Shown piece by piece: positions 29,815 to 41,114 of a stretch of DNA of 64,000 nucleotides. A program made the translations under genes and the position numbers. The DNA is from Moraxellaceae bacterium REDSEA-S32_B1. Its GTDB lineage: Bacteria > Pseudomonadota > Gammaproteobacteria > Pseudomonadales > Moraxellaceae. Numbering within the stretch: position 1 is the first letter of the stretch; the number at the start of each line of letters is the position of its first letter. The DNA is taken from positions 856 to 64,855 of the forward strand of contig LUOR01000012.1 of the NCBI GenBank assembly GCA_001626925.1, in the 5' to 3' direction. The notes beneath the pieces were generated by a model. It did not search any database, was not told the DNA's origin, and worked only from the letters and a program-made list of their open reading frames with translations.

Positions 29815-30213
29815 ATTCTTCTTTGATCTCACTCGTCGTAGACAACTTTTATTTAATTTTAACTCTTGCAAATATACAACAGATGCATGCATTGGACTGT
29901 AAAAATCTTTAATGATTGATTTATAATGAATTTATCTGTTATTTCAAATTTAAATACCAAACATACAGTTAGGATTATAATCTTAAAATTTTGTTTTATT
30001 TTTTTAAAAATCAATATGTTAAATATATTTTAAGCTTTCAGCTTTAGGCAACGACGTTCTAGCACAATACCTATTCAAGCAAATATATGTTTTAATATGT
30101 GCACCCATTTTTAAACGACGATATATCGTATATATCTTAGTCATTTTCGTGCCGTTGTAACTCGACTGCACGTTGTACGGATAGTACATTTTCAAAGATA
30201 AGTAGGCCTCATC

Positions 30214-32043
30214 ATGACCCAAGTGAACGCACCAGAATTCGTTCGTCATCCTAAGCTTGTTGCTTGGGTTGAAGAAATTGCTAAATTAACCAAACCTGCA
30301 AAAATCGAATGGTGTGACGGTAGTGAAGAAGAATATCAACGTCTAATCGACTTGATGATCGCTAACGGCACCATGCAAAAACTCAATCAAGAAAAACACC
30401 CAGGTTCATATCTAGCAAACTCTGACCCATCTGATGTGGCACGTGTTGAAGATCGCACATTCATTTGTACTGAAAATGAAGAAGATGCAGGCGCAACTAA
30501 CAACTGGGAAGCACCTGCGGTCATGCGTGAAAAACTCAATGGCTTATTCGATGGCGCTATGCAAGGTCGTACCATGTACGTTGTCCCTTTCTCAATGGGT
30601 CCTCTAGGTAGCCACATTGCGCACATTGGTATCGAGTTGACTGACTCTCCATATGTTGTGGTCAGCATGCGTAAAATGGCACGTATGGGCAAAGCAGTTT
30701 ATGACGTGCTTGGTACAGACGGTGAGTTCGTCCCATGCGTGCATACCGTAGCTGCACCGCTTGCAGAAGGTGCAAAAGATGTTGCTTGGCCATGTAACAG
30801 TGAAAAATATATCGTTCATTATCCACAAACTCGTGAAATCTGGTCTTATGGTTCAGGTTATGGCGGTAATGCGTTGCTTGGTAAAAAATGCTTGGCACTT
30901 CGTATTGCTTCTGCAATGGGTCGTGAGCAAGGTTGGTTAGCTGAACACATGTTGATTCTTGGTGTAACTAACCCGCAAGGTGAAAAACATTACATCGCCG
31001 CAGCATTCCCATCTGCATGTGGTAAAACCAACTTTGCAATGTTGATTCCACCTGCAGGTTATGAAGGTTGGAAAATCGAAACTGTCGGTGATGATATTGC
31101 ATGGATCAAACCAGGTGAAGATGGTCGTCTTTATGCGATTAACCCTGAAGCAGGTTTCTTCGGTGTGGCACCAGGTACAAACACCAAAACCAACCCGAAC
31201 TGTATGGCAACTTTGAACAAAGACGTGATCTATACTAACGTCGCTGTAACAGCAGACGGTGAAATTTGGTGGGAAGGCTTAACGAAAGAAGCACCTGCTA
31301 ACCTCACCAACTGGAAAGGTCAACCGCACGTTGCTGGTGAAAAAGCAGCGCATCCAAATGCTCGCTTCACCGTATCGGCTGGTCAATGCCCTTCTATTGA
31401 TGCAGATTGGGAAAATCCAGCAGGTGTACCGATTTCTGCATTCATCTTCGGTGGTCGTCGTGCAGACACTGTACCACTCGTATCAGAAGCATTTGACTGG
31501 GTGGATGGCGTCTATAAAGCTGCAACCATGGGTTCTGAAACCACTGCTGCCGCTGTTGGTCAACAAGGTATCGTACGTCGTGACCCATTTGCGATGTTGC
31601 CATTCGCTGGCTACAACATGGCGGATTACTTCTCGCATTGGTTAGAGCTTGGTCAACAAGTTGGTGCGAAAGCTGAAGCTGCTGGTAATAAATTGCCAAA
31701 AATCTTCAATGTAAACTGGTTCCGCCGTGATGCTGAAGGTAACTTTGTATGGCCTGGTTTTGGTCAAAACATGCGTGTGCTTGAATGGATCATTGATCGC
31801 TGTGAAGGTCGTGCTGATGCAGTCAATACTCCAATTGGTTTGGTGCCGACTTATGAGCAGTTGAACTGGTCTGGTTTAGACTTTACGAAAGATCAATTTG
31901 AAACTGTGACTAAGCAAGACAAAGATCAATGGATCAAAGAGCTTGAAAGCCACACAGAGTTATTTACTAAACTTGGTGCTCGCCTTCCACAAGCCTTGAG
32001 AGATCGTCAATCTGCATTATTAGATGCGGTAAAATCTGCTTAA
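30214..32043 (+). CDS. pckG: Phosphoenolpyruvate carboxykinase (GTP)
   Basis: [29 protein letters not shown]. Confidence 0.98.
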   Translation: MTQVNAPEFVRHPKLVAWVEEIAKLTKPAKIEWCDGSEEEYQRLIDLMIANGTMQKLNQEKHPGSYLANSDPSDVARVEDRTFICTENEEDAGATNNWEAPAVMREKLNGLFDGAMQGRTMYVVPFSMGPLGSHIAHIGIELTDSPYVVVSMRKMARMGKAVYDVLGTDGEFVPCVHTVAAPLAEGAKDVAWPCNSEKYIVHYPQTREIWSYGSGYGGNALLGKKCLALRIASAMGREQGWLAEHMLILGVTNPQGEKHYIAAAFPSACGKTNFAMLIPPAGYEGWKIETVGDDIAWIKPGEDGRLYAINPEAGFFGVAPGTNTKTNPNCMATLNKDVIYTNVAVTADGEIWWEGLTKEAPANLTNWKGQPHVAGEKAAHPNARFTVSAGQCPSIDADWENPAGVPISAFIFGGRRADTVPLVSEAFDWVDGVYKAATMGSETTAAAVGQQGIVRRDPFAMLPFAGYNMADYFSHWLELGQQVGAKAEAAGNKLPKIFNVNWFRRDAEGNFVWPGFGQNMRVLEWIIDRCEGRADAVNTPIGLVPTYEQLNWSGLDFTKDQFETVTKQDKDQWIKELESHTELFTKLGARLPQALRDRQSALLDAVKSA

Positions 32044-32065
32044 TTGCAAATTTAAAGATTGATTC

Positions 32066-32091
32066 AAAAAGACGCTTCGGCGTCTTTTTTT
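32066..32091 (+). terminator. pckG terminator
   Basis: AAAAAGACGC-TTCG-GCGTCTTTTTTT. Confidence 0.9.
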
Positions 32092-32146
32092 ATGCAAAAC
32101 ATAAACGATAAGTTACAAAGATCTTGAATTACCCAATAATTTTAAC

Positions 32147-32165
32147 GATAATGATAGAGTTTTTC
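32147..32165. promoter_or_regulatory. Fur box upstream of the TonB receptor
   Basis: GATAATGATAGAGTTTTTC matches GATAATGATAATCATTATC at 14/19 positions. Confidence 0.75.
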
Positions 32166-32187
32166 ATTTGCATAAACTGGTATTTTT

Positions 32188-34323
32188 ATGTCCCCTCGAA
32201 TCCCTTTTCCTCGTTCTTCGTTAAACATTGCTATTTCAGCAGTTTCCATATGTTCTACGCTTCTTTCTCCCCTTGCATTTGCGAAAGAAACTGTACAACA
32301 GCTTCCTGTAATTCAGGTCACTGCCTCTGCAGATGAAAGCTCAGAACAAAGTAAATCCTATATTGTCGAAAATAGCGGTAGTGCCACTAAGCTAAATATT
32401 CCACTTCAAGAAACACCACAAACTGTGAGTGTTGTTACACAACAGCAAATTCAAGATTTTGGCTTAAATGAAATACGAGATGTGCTCTCAAATACGCCTG
32501 GGGTTTATGTCTCTAGTCAAGAAACAGATCGTACAACCTATACTTCTCGTGGATTTAATATCTCTAATCAGCAAATCGACGGTTATAATTTGCCGTTAAT
32601 GGGTTCTGACTATTTTGTCGGTGCAATTGATATGGCGATTTACGACCGTGTGGAGGTTTCAAAAGGTGCAAATGCAATTACTTCCGCTGTTGGTAGTCCG
32701 TCGGCAACTGTTAACTACATACGTAAGCGACCAACAGACACACTACAAGCTAATTTTAATGCCAGTTATGGTTCTTGGGACAATCAACGGTATGAAGGCG
32801 ATGTTTCAGGGGCAATTTTACCCAATGGAAAAGTCCGTGGTCGCTTGATGGCCGCCTATGATACTGGTGACTCCTATCTCGATAATTATTCACATGAAAC
32901 CAATGTGGTTGCAGGAATTGTTGAGGCTGATCTGACCGACTTAACGTTATTAACAATTGGTCATACTGAACAAAAGCACAAACCAAATAGCAATAATTGG
33001 GGTGCGTTACCGATGCTAGATGCTGATGGTCAGTTGATCGAATACGATCGTAGCTACAACCCTATGCCAGATTGGGTCTATTGGGATTCTGAAACACAAA
33101 ATAGTTTTGTAGAGTTACAGCAAAAAATTGGCAATAATTGGTCTATTCATGCGCTTTATAGCCATAATGAGTTGAAAGATCATGGTGCATTACTTTACTT
33201 CGTCGGCAATCCGAGCAATGATGGCACAGGTATTAGCAACTATCCATCGACTTTTAGTGAAACTTTCACCACCAAAACTGCTGACATACATGCCAAAGGT
33301 AGCGTGCCTTTATTTAATCAAAATCATGAATTGGTGCTTGGTTATACTTGGTCTGAGAGCGATGTGGAACAGCTATCGTATTATATCCCAACCTATACCA
33401 CGCCTATCAGCGACTGGTGGAGTTATGATAGTAACACCTTGAGCTATCCAACATTCTCACTCACAAACAGCGCAGACTATCAGTTAAAACAAAAATCTAC
33501 CTATCTTGCCTCTCGCATACATTTTAATGATGATTTAAAACTCTTAATGGGGGCGAACTACACACAAGCAACTGCTAAAGGTCAGTCATACGGCGCACCA
33601 TACAACTATGATCAAGATGAAGTCGTTCCATATACAGGCTTAACTTACAATATCACACCAGAATATACGCTGTATGGTAGCTATGCCGAAGTATTTTTAC
33701 CGACCAATCGCTTTGACACCAATCAATTGGTATTAGACCCTATTGAAGGAAAAACGTGGGAGCTTGGTGTAAAGTCATCATGGCTTGACGGCGAACTGAC
33801 TGGTTCTTTTGCATATTTTAATAATGCTTTTGAAGGTTTCCCGATCACAACTGGCGTACGTTTGGCAAATAATCAAACAGCATATCGTCCACAAAATATT
33901 GAGTCTGACGGCTTTGAACTCAATCTTGCAGGGCAAATCACTGATGAAATCAATACATCATTTGGATTTGTGCATTTAAGACACATGAGTGATAGTGATA
34001 CACAAGAAGATGTTAGAACATTTGTACCACTTGACACCATGAATTTGTTAACAACCTACCAACCCAGCCTTTTACCAAAACTAAAACTTGGCATGGGACT
34101 TCAGTACGTTGGTGATACCTCATATTCTGCTAATGAGAATTTACGTCAAGATGACTATATCTTGTTAAATGCCATGGCGAGTTATGAAGTGAATCCGCAT
34201 ATGACAATTCAAGCAAATGGGAACAACCTCACTAATGAAAAATACCTAAATAGTCTCGAATATGGACAAAGCTTTTATGGTGAACCTGCCAACTACACGG
34301 TTGCTCTAAGGTTTAAATATTGA
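32188..34323 (+). CDS. TonB-dependent siderophore receptor, FhuE/FpvA-like
   Basis: Signal peptide; plug motif ETPQTVSVVTQQQIQD; DRVEV.KG; C-terminal aromatic beta-strand. Confidence 0.92.
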   Translation: MSPRIPFPRSSLNIAISAVSICSTLLSPLAFAKETVQQLPVIQVTASADESSEQSKSYIVENSGSATKLNIPLQETPQTVSVVTQQQIQDFGLNEIRDVLSNTPGVYVSSQETDRTTYTSRGFNISNQQIDGYNLPLMGSDYFVGAIDMAIYDRVEVSKGANAITSAVGSPSATVNYIRKRPTDTLQANFNASYGSWDNQRYEGDVSGAILPNGKVRGRLMAAYDTGDSYLDNYSHETNVVAGIVEADLTDLTLLTIGHTEQKHKPNSNNWGALPMLDADGQLIEYDRSYNPMPDWVYWDSETQNSFVELQQKIGNNWSIHALYSHNELKDHGALLYFVGNPSNDGTGISNYPSTFSETFTTKTADIHAKGSVPLFNQNHELVLGYTWSESDVEQLSYYIPTYTTPISDWWSYDSNTLSYPTFSLTNSADYQLKQKSTYLASRIHFNDDLKLLMGANYTQATAKGQSYGAPYNYDQDEVVPYTGLTYNITPEYTLYGSYAEVFLPTNRFDTNQLVLDPIEGKTWELGVKSSWLDGELTGSFAYFNNAFEGFPITTGVRLANNQTAYRPQNIESDGFELNLAGQITDEINTSFGFVHLRHMSDSDTQEDVRTFVPLDTMNLLTTYQPSLLPKLKLGMGLQYVGDTSYSANENLRQDDYILLNAMASYEVNPHMTIQANGNNLTNEKYLNSLEYGQSFYGEPANYTVALRFKY

Positions 34324-34344
34324 TTCTTAGATATTTAGTCTAAA

Positions 34345-34374
34345 AGAAAAGGAGCAATGATTTGCTCCTTTTCT
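34345..34374 (+). terminator. Terminator after the TonB receptor
   Basis: AGAAAAGGAGCAA-N4-TTGCTCCTTTTCT. Confidence 0.88.
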
Positions 34375-34465
34375 AATTTGCGCACTTTCTAATTTTAATC
34401 CGACTATCTATTTACAACCTATTCAAATGCTATACTGAACATAAATCCATAATTTAAATGACTAT

Positions 34466-34945
34466 ATGAAAATCCGCATCTTAACCATTGGTCAAAAAAT
34501 GCCTGCTTGGGTCTATACAGCATTTGAAGATTATTTCAAACGCATTCAACCTTTTGTCACGACGCAATTGATCGAGTTGCCCATGGCAAAGCGTGGTAAA
34601 AATGACTCCGATGCAGATATTTTGAAATATTGTCAGATCGAGGGTGAAACCATTGTATCCAACCTCAAACAAGGTGAAGTGTTGATCGCCCTAGAAGTGG
34701 GTGGACGAGAACTTTCCACAGAGAAGCTTGCGCAGACTATGCAACAATGGACGCTCGATGGCATGGACATCGTCCTTGCCATTGGCGGTCCAGATGGACT
34801 ATCTGATGCTGTGCGTAAAGCCGCAGCATGGCATTGGTCATTGTCCAAACTGACACTACCTCACCCAATGGTACGCATTATTCTGATTGAACAGCTCTAT
34901 CGTGCGATGAGCATTAATCATAATCATCCCTATCATAGGGCATAA
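34466..34945 (+). CDS. rlmH: 23S rRNA m3-pseudouridine1915 methyltransferase
   Basis: IGGPDGL, SLSKLTLPH..VR..L.EQLYRA, HPYHR. Confidence 0.97.
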   Translation: MKIRILTIGQKMPAWVYTAFEDYFKRIQPFVTTQLIELPMAKRGKNDSDADILKYCQIEGETIVSNLKQGEVLIALEVGGRELSTEKLAQTMQQWTLDGMDIVLAIGGPDGLSDAVRKAAAWHWSLSKLTLPHPMVRIILIEQLYRAMSINHNHPYHRA

Positions 34946-35124
34946 GCCACATCATATTGTAAATTCTGCTTTGTTATCTTGTGTGGCAAGCTCTTGGTTT
35001 ATGCGCATTTTTGGCGCACAATAGTGCGCTTTAAATGGTTTGACTCATATCCTTGTCGGATTGCGTATCCGTTCTTTAATTGAACGCCGTTTATTAAATT
35101 CACTGTTAAAAAAGGGTGTATAGA

Positions 35125-36060
35125 ATGACCGATGCCTTAGTCTTACAAGATTTGCATAAAACTTATAAAAATGGCTTTCAAGCACTCAAAGGCATTGACC
35201 TGACTGTTCCAGAAGGTGAGTTCTATGCCCTACTTGGTCCAAATGGTGCTGGAAAATCGACCACCATTGGCATCATTAGCTCACTGACAAAAAAGACCTC
35301 AGGTAGTGTCAATATTTTTGGTTATGACCTTGATCAGTTTTCATCTAAAGCCAAACAACATCTTGGTGTCGTCCCGCAAGAGTTTAACTTCGGTCAGTTT
35401 GAAAAAACCTTTGATATTCTCGTCACTCAAGCAGGCTACTACGGCATTGAGAAAAAAGTTGCCGAACAACGTGCCGAGCAATATTTGGAAAAACTTGGGC
35501 TGTGGGAAAAGCGCAATACCCAATCTCGTCTGCTCTCTGGCGGAATGAAACGTCGCTTAATGATCGCCCGTGCCATGATGCACGAACCAAAACTGATGAT
35601 TTTGGATGAACCGACCGCAGGTGTAGATATTGAACTGCGTCGTTCGATGTGGGATTTTCTCACTGAACTGAATCAAAACGGCACGTCGATCATTCTCACT
35701 ACACATTATCTTGAAGAGGCAGAAATGCTCTGTCGTCGCATCGCCATCATTGACCGTGGCGAGATCAAAGAAGATACCAGTATGAAAAGCTTCTTAAATC
35801 AACTTTCTGTGGAAACATTTATCTTTGACTTGGCGAATCCAATTGATGATTTTCATTTAAATATTATTGGTTTCCAGTTTGAGCTCATTGACCCATGCAC
35901 CTTGCAAGTGACGATGGACAAAGCACATTCCATTAACGATCTATTTTCTATTTTTGAAGCCAATGGCATCGTCATTAGCAGTATGCGTAACAAAGCCAAT
36001 CGATTAGAGGAACTCTTTGTCAACATGGTTGAAAAAAATCTATCAGGAGCGAATGCATGA
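35125..36060 (+). CDS. ABC transporter ATP-binding protein, YadG-like
   Basis: GPNGAGKST, LSGGMKRR, LDEPT. Confidence 0.93.
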   Translation: MTDALVLQDLHKTYKNGFQALKGIDLTVPEGEFYALLGPNGAGKSTTIGIISSLTKKTSGSVNIFGYDLDQFSSKAKQHLGVVPQEFNFGQFEKTFDILVTQAGYYGIEKKVAEQRAEQYLEKLGLWEKRNTQSRLLSGGMKRRLMIARAMMHEPKLMILDEPTAGVDIELRRSMWDFLTELNQNGTSIILTTHYLEEAEMLCRRIAIIDRGEIKEDTSMKSFLNQLSVETFIFDLANPIDDFHLNIIGFQFELIDPCTLQVTMDKAHSINDLFSIFEANGIVISSMRNKANRLEELFVNMVEKNLSGANA

Positions 36061-36830
36061 ACCATCAACAACTCAGCGTCGCATTTTTCACCATTGTTCG
36101 CAAAGAAATCCGTCGCTTTATGCGAATTTGGCCACAGACGCTTCTGCCACCTGCGATCACCATGAGCTTATATTTTGTGATTTTTGGTAATCTCGTTGGT
36201 TCTCGTATCGGTGAGATGGGTGGCTTTAGCTACATCCAATTCATCGTGCCAGGTTTGATCATGATGTCGGTGATCACCAATAGTTACTCGAATGTCACGT
36301 CGAGCTTTTTTAGTGCAAAATTTCAGCGTAGTGTGGAAGAACTGATTACTAGCCCTGTACCAAACCACGTGATTTTGCTTGGCTTTATGGTCGGCGGTGT
36401 GGCTCGTGGCATTTGCGTGGGGCTTATTGTCACCTTAGTTAGCTTACTGTTTACTCAGCTTAGTATTTTTAATATTTTCGTGACCATTTATACCGTGATT
36501 ATCACCTCGATGTTGTTCTCATTAGGTGGTTTTATCAATGCGGTCTACGCCAAATCGTTCGATGATATTTCTATTATTCCGACCTTTATACTGACACCAC
36601 TGACCTATCTTGGCGGGGTGTTTTATGCGATTAGTAATCTTAGCCCATTTTGGCAAAATGTATCGTTACTGAATCCGATCGTCTATATGGTCAATGCATT
36701 TCGTTATGGCATCTTAGGACATAGCGATGTCAATGTGTGGATTTCTCTCATGGTGATTAGTGCGGGCTGTTTTATGATGTACGCTATCGCTTATCATTTA
36801 CTCAGTCGTGGTACAGGAATGCGTGAATAA
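36057..36830 (+). CDS. ABC-2 permease, YadH-like
   Basis: KEIRRF.RIWPQTL, FIVPGLIMM, NPIVYMVNAFRYG. Confidence 0.93.
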   Translation: MNHQQLSVAFFTIVRKEIRRFMRIWPQTLLPPAITMSLYFVIFGNLVGSRIGEMGGFSYIQFIVPGLIMMSVITNSYSNVTSSFFSAKFQRSVEELITSPVPNHVILLGFMVGGVARGICVGLIVTLVSLLFTQLSIFNIFVTIYTVIITSMLFSLGGFINAVYAKSFDDISIIPTFILTPLTYLGGVFYAISNLSPFWQNVSLLNPIVYMVNAFRYGILGHSDVNVWISLMVISAGCFMMYAIAYHLLSRGTGMRE

Positions 36831-37651
36831 TGTCTGTAGATGCGTCACTTTTGGGTCAAGACACCCAATATCCAACAAAATATGCACCTGAGCTATTGTT
36901 TCCAATCGCACGTCATGATGCTCGTCAAACATATAAAGATATCGCTGGAATTGCGCAAGGCATTGATTGGTGGCATGTCTTTGAAATTTCTTGGTTAGAC
37001 TTGGATGGTATTCCACAAGTTGCGATTGGACGATTACATATTCCTGCAACATCAAGTCACCTGATCGAATCAAAATCGTTAAAACTGTACTTTAATAGTT
37101 TTAATTTCGAGCGTTATTCACGGCAGGATTTTATTGCTGTGGTTGAAGCAGACTTATCCAAAGCCGCAAATGCCACAGTCAAGCTTGAGCTATTCGATGT
37201 TGATGCGCTCACCGTAGATCGACCATATGGAATTTGCCTTGATCAATTTAAGCCAAGTACCATTGTTTATCATCCTGATGCGTCATTGCTTGCCTTAGCT
37301 AATGAAACTGAATCAAATAATGAAATCATCGAACAATGCTATTATTCTCATCTACTACGCAGTAACTGCCCTGTCACCAATCAACCTGATTGGGGCACTG
37401 TATTGATCCGATATCGTGGAAAAAAGCTTTCTGAAGCCAATTTATTCGCCTATATTATCTCTTATCGTGAACACAATGGTTTTCATGAGCAGTGCGTTGA
37501 ACAAATATTTGCGGATATTTGGACACAATTGCAACCTGAAAAACTCATGGTGTACGCCGCCTATACACGTCGAGGTGGATTAGATATCAATCCGTGTCGT
37601 GTATCAGAGATGTCATGGATGCCAAGTCCGCTAAGGTTAGCGAGACAATAA
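36830..37651 (+). CDS. queF: 7-cyano-7-deazaguanine reductase
   Basis: IESKSLKLYFNS, SNCPVT.QPDW, FHEQCVE, YTRRGGLDINP. Confidence 0.97.
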   Translation: MSVDASLLGQDTQYPTKYAPELLFPIARHDARQTYKDIAGIAQGIDWWHVFEISWLDLDGIPQVAIGRLHIPATSSHLIESKSLKLYFNSFNFERYSRQDFIAVVEADLSKAANATVKLELFDVDALTVDRPYGICLDQFKPSTIVYHPDASLLALANETESNNEIIEQCYYSHLLRSNCPVTNQPDWGTVLIRYRGKKLSEANLFAYIISYREHNGFHEQCVEQIFADIWTQLQPEKLMVYAAYTRRGGLDINPCRVSEMSWMPSPLRLARQ

Positions 37652-37694
37652 CCTAAAACAAAAGACCCTAATGGAAATTGATTGAGGAAGAATT

Positions 37695-38360
37695 ATGCCA
37701 AGCTTTTTTGGATTTATCCCATCCCCTTCACTGCTCAGTGATATTCAACAAGCTCAGCGCAGTCGTGATGCGCCTGAACCGTTGTATCCACTTCGAGATA
37801 AAATTGCCTTCGCCTTAAATGACGAACTTTTGGATCGTATCTTAAGTGATGGTTTAAAAGAATTCCCACCGAGCGATCGCAAAGATACTGCTGAGAAATT
37901 GGTAGGCTACGTCAAGAGTACTGTTCGTGCATTGCTCGGACAACTATTAGGTAAAACGACAAATGATAAATTGGCGCCATCCCTCGATTTTATCGAAGCA
38001 AGTATTTATCACGATGAGAGTGGGCAATTACGTGTTGGTGCACCCTTAGATAGTGCATTGGTCGGACAAATGCAAAGCAACTTTGCAGCAATTCTCGCTG
38101 GCGAAAACCCAAGCCAAATCAAACCAGCTTTGACTGAGCAATATAAAAAGTTCGCTGACATGATGGTCAAACATTTCATGGTCGATTTTAATAAGACGCT
38201 TGATCTCGGCATGATCAAACGTAAGGCTGCTGATGTTGGCGCAGGTGTAGTGACTAAAGCTGTGCACATCGCCATCAACAAGCTGATTCCTAATTTGACA
38301 GACGAAGAGCTGAAAATTCTCGCCAAGCATCATAGCCAACTAATTCATCAAACCAATTAA
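37695..38360 (+). CDS. Hypothetical helical protein
   Basis: 221-aa ORF with GAGGA SD; followed by an AACCTAAG...CTTAGGTT hairpin (38391-38420). Confidence 0.8.
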   Translation: MPSFFGFIPSPSLLSDIQQAQRSRDAPEPLYPLRDKIAFALNDELLDRILSDGLKEFPPSDRKDTAEKLVGYVKSTVRALLGQLLGKTTNDKLAPSLDFIEASIYHDESGQLRVGAPLDSALVGQMQSNFAAILAGENPSQIKPALTEQYKKFADMMVKHFMVDFNKTLDLGMIKRKAADVGAGVVTKAVHIAINKLIPNLTDEELKILAKHHSQLIHQTN

Positions 38361-38554
38361 TTTTACTTTTGACGTTGATGCAAAAAAATCAACCTAAGTG
38401 GTCAGACGATTGCTTAGGTTTTTTTAATCAAAATGCTTTGCCATCTTTTTTCAAATAAACCATCAGGCAAATATAAAACTTAATCAAAGTTTTGAGCTGT
38501 GCTAGCATATACGGCTTATTTAATTCTTTTATCCAAACCCACTTCTCGAACGCC

Positions 38555-39700
38555 ATGTCTTATCGCATTCATCACAATCGTTTCTTACGTCAGGCACCTC
38601 GAGACGGCACCAGCTCACGCTACCCCCTCTCACTTTGGGAGCGCATTCACCTCGATCCGTGGTTGCTTGGGTTGTTGGCATTTAATGCGGTACTAGGTTT
38701 GACTGTACTGTATAGCGCTTCTGCTGAAAATAGTGCATTGGTGATACGACAAGCTGTCAGCTTTGGCATTGGCTTTGTGGTGATGCTATTTATGGCGCAA
38801 ATCCCACCGAAGATGTATCAAGGCTTCTCGCCCTACTTTTATGGTATTGGTGTGTTATCACTGATCGCTGTGATTTTGTTTGGTGAAGTGCGTATGGGCG
38901 CACAGCGTTGGATTGATATTCCGGGTTTTGGCAGTGTTCAGCCCAGTGAATTTTTAAAAATTGGCATGCCGATGATGGTGGCGTGGTATTTATCCAAATA
39001 TCCGTTACCACCAAATTTCAAACGTGTTTTTATCAGTTTAATTATTATTGGGATTCCCTTTTTACTGATTGCTGAACAGCCTGATTTAGGGACGTCGTTA
39101 CTGGTTCTTGCAAGCGGTATGTTTGTGCTGTTTTTGAGTGGCTTATCTTGGCGTTTGATCTTGGCTGCAGTCGGTGCGGTTGCGGTAATTATTCCAATCG
39201 CATGGCAGTTTTTGTTGCATGATTACCAACGTCGTCGTGTCATGACTTTATTAGATCCTGAAGCAGATGCACTTGGTTCAGGCTGGAATATTATTCAGTC
39301 TAAGACAGCGATTGGCTCGGGCGGTTTCTCAGGTAAAGGCTATTTGGAAGGCACTCAAGCGCATTTGCACTTCTTACCTGAAGGTCATACTGACTTTATT
39401 ATTGCGGCATTCTCTGAAGAGTTTGGTTATATCGGATTGCTGATTTTATTGGCAATTTATTTTGCGATGATTATTCGTATCTTCCAGATCAGTTTACATA
39501 GCTTTCACAATTATGGACGCCTTGTTGCAGGTGCGTTAGGATTATCGTTTTTTGTCTATGTATTTGTGAATGCTGGCATGGTTAGTGGTATCTTACCCGT
39601 AGTTGGTGTGCCTCTACCTTTTATGAGCTATGGCGGTACGGCAATTATTACCTTGATGGCTTCTTTTGGTGTGATCATGTCGATCCATACGCACCGCTAA
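38555..39700 (+). CDS. rodA: Rod shape-determining SEDS protein RodA
   Basis: GAQRWI, QPSEF.K, QPDLGT, LPEGHTDFI, PLPFMSYGGT. Confidence 0.96.
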   Translation: MSYRIHHNRFLRQAPRDGTSSRYPLSLWERIHLDPWLLGLLAFNAVLGLTVLYSASAENSALVIRQAVSFGIGFVVMLFMAQIPPKMYQGFSPYFYGIGVLSLIAVILFGEVRMGAQRWIDIPGFGSVQPSEFLKIGMPMMVAWYLSKYPLPPNFKRVFISLIIIGIPFLLIAEQPDLGTSLLVLASGMFVLFLSGLSWRLILAAVGAVAVIIPIAWQFLLHDYQRRRVMTLLDPEADALGSGWNIIQSKTAIGSGGFSGKGYLEGTQAHLHFLPEGHTDFIIAAFSEEFGYIGLLILLAIYFAMIIRIFQISLHSFHNYGRLVAGALGLSFFVYVFVNAGMVSGILPVVGVPLPFMSYGGTAIITLMASFGVIMSIHTHR

Positions 39701-39763
39701 AGATCTGATCAAATGCTCGCAACTTGCCACAATTTTTTTAATTTATAACGGAGAATAAGTTAA

Positions 39764-40759
39764 ATGTTGAATTTTTATAAGAAAGCCATGCTCGCATTGG
39801 GATTAGGCGTATGTTTGAGTACAGCGAGTTTCGCCAACGACTTTATCACCCATCCGCAATATGCTGCATTTAAATCTAAAGCGATGCAACAACATGGTCT
39901 GACTTCAGCGCAAGTCGATAATGCCATGTCAGGTGCACAAAATATTGATCGCATTTTAAGTATTATGGCTCGCCCTGGCGAAAGTAAACCGTGGTATGAA
40001 TATCGCAAAAATTTCTTGGTCGAAAGTACCATTCAACGTGGTGTGCGATTTAAAAATCAACATGCCAGCACCCTACGTCGTGCAGAACAGACTTATGGTG
40101 TACCTCAGTCACTGATTTTAGGGATTTTAGGCGTAGAAACTGGCTTCGGTGCTAACAAAGGCTCTTTCGTGACTCGTGATGCTTTGGCTACTCTTGCCTT
40201 TGGTTATCCACGTCGTGCCGAATATTTCCAAGATGAGCTGGCTGCGCTGATCGCATGGACCTATCAAGATGGTCGTGTTACCTCAAGCGTCAAAGGCTCT
40301 TATGCAGGTGCGATCGGTTTTCCACAATTCATGCCAAGCAATATTACCAAACTTGGCGTCGACTTCGATGGTAATGGTCACATTGACCTTGAAAACTCTG
40401 CTGCGGATGCGATTGGTTCGATTGCCAACTTTATCTCAAAGCATGGTTGGCAAACTGGTCAACCCGTCGCAATCCGAGCAATCTATACAGGGACAGATGA
40501 CACCCAAGTCATTGCACCCGATCTTCGCACGGCAAAGCCATATCTTGCGGGTGAGTTGAGTAAGCTTGGTGTACGTCCGATTAATCCATCAGTCAAGCTC
40601 GACTCTATGGACATGGTGCACGTAATCCGACTCGACGAAGTTTCAGGACCACAATATTGGCTCACTTTCCCGAACTTCAACAGCATCATTGGCTATAACC
40701 CAAGTCGTATGTATGCATCCGCAGTTTGGCAACTTGGGCAAGAAGTGACAAGCCGTTAA
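39764..40759 (+). CDS. mltB: Lytic murein transglycosylase B
   Basis: ILGVETGFG, GSYAGAIG.PQFMPS, YNPS.MYA. Confidence 0.93.
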   Translation: MLNFYKKAMLALGLGVCLSTASFANDFITHPQYAAFKSKAMQQHGLTSAQVDNAMSGAQNIDRILSIMARPGESKPWYEYRKNFLVESTIQRGVRFKNQHASTLRRAEQTYGVPQSLILGILGVETGFGANKGSFVTRDALATLAFGYPRRAEYFQDELAALIAWTYQDGRVTSSVKGSYAGAIGFPQFMPSNITKLGVDFDGNGHIDLENSAADAIGSIANFISKHGWQTGQPVAIRAIYTGTDDTQVIAPDLRTAKPYLAGELSKLGVRPINPSVKLDSMDMVHVIRLDEVSGPQYWLTFPNFNSIIGYNPSRMYASAVWQLGQEVTSR

Positions 40760-40780
40760 GTACCTAAAGTAAAGCCTGTT

Positions 40781-40819
40781 AAAAGTGCTTAAAATCATGT
40801 ATATTTTTTAAGCACTTTT
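40781..40819 (+). terminator. 14-bp hairpin after mltB
   Basis: AAAAGTGCTTAAAA-N11-TTTTAAGCACTTTT. Confidence 0.7.
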
Positions 40820-41114
40820 CAAAAGTCAAATACTATTTTGAGAACTAGTTCAAGCCTTAAACTATATTAAATATCTTGTTACATATTTGTCTATTTTTTA
40901 ATCATAATTATTAAGAAAAAGTAACTTTTTGCAAATTTATACAGTCTAGACATAGACAAATACAAATCTAAACCCTTACTATCCACTCAATTCTGAAGAT
41001 CGCATCATGCATATTAATTATGCGGTCAATGCACTGGAGGCATACTTAAATAAAAAATTTGGTTTTTATTTAAGCAATTTCAGTCACATATTGGTCGTAT
41101 ATAGGAGTCGTCGC

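Noticed and set aside
30118-30129. Perfect palindrome ACGATATATCGT upstream of pckG
   Set aside because: A single AT-cored 12-mer with no second copy or recognised factor.
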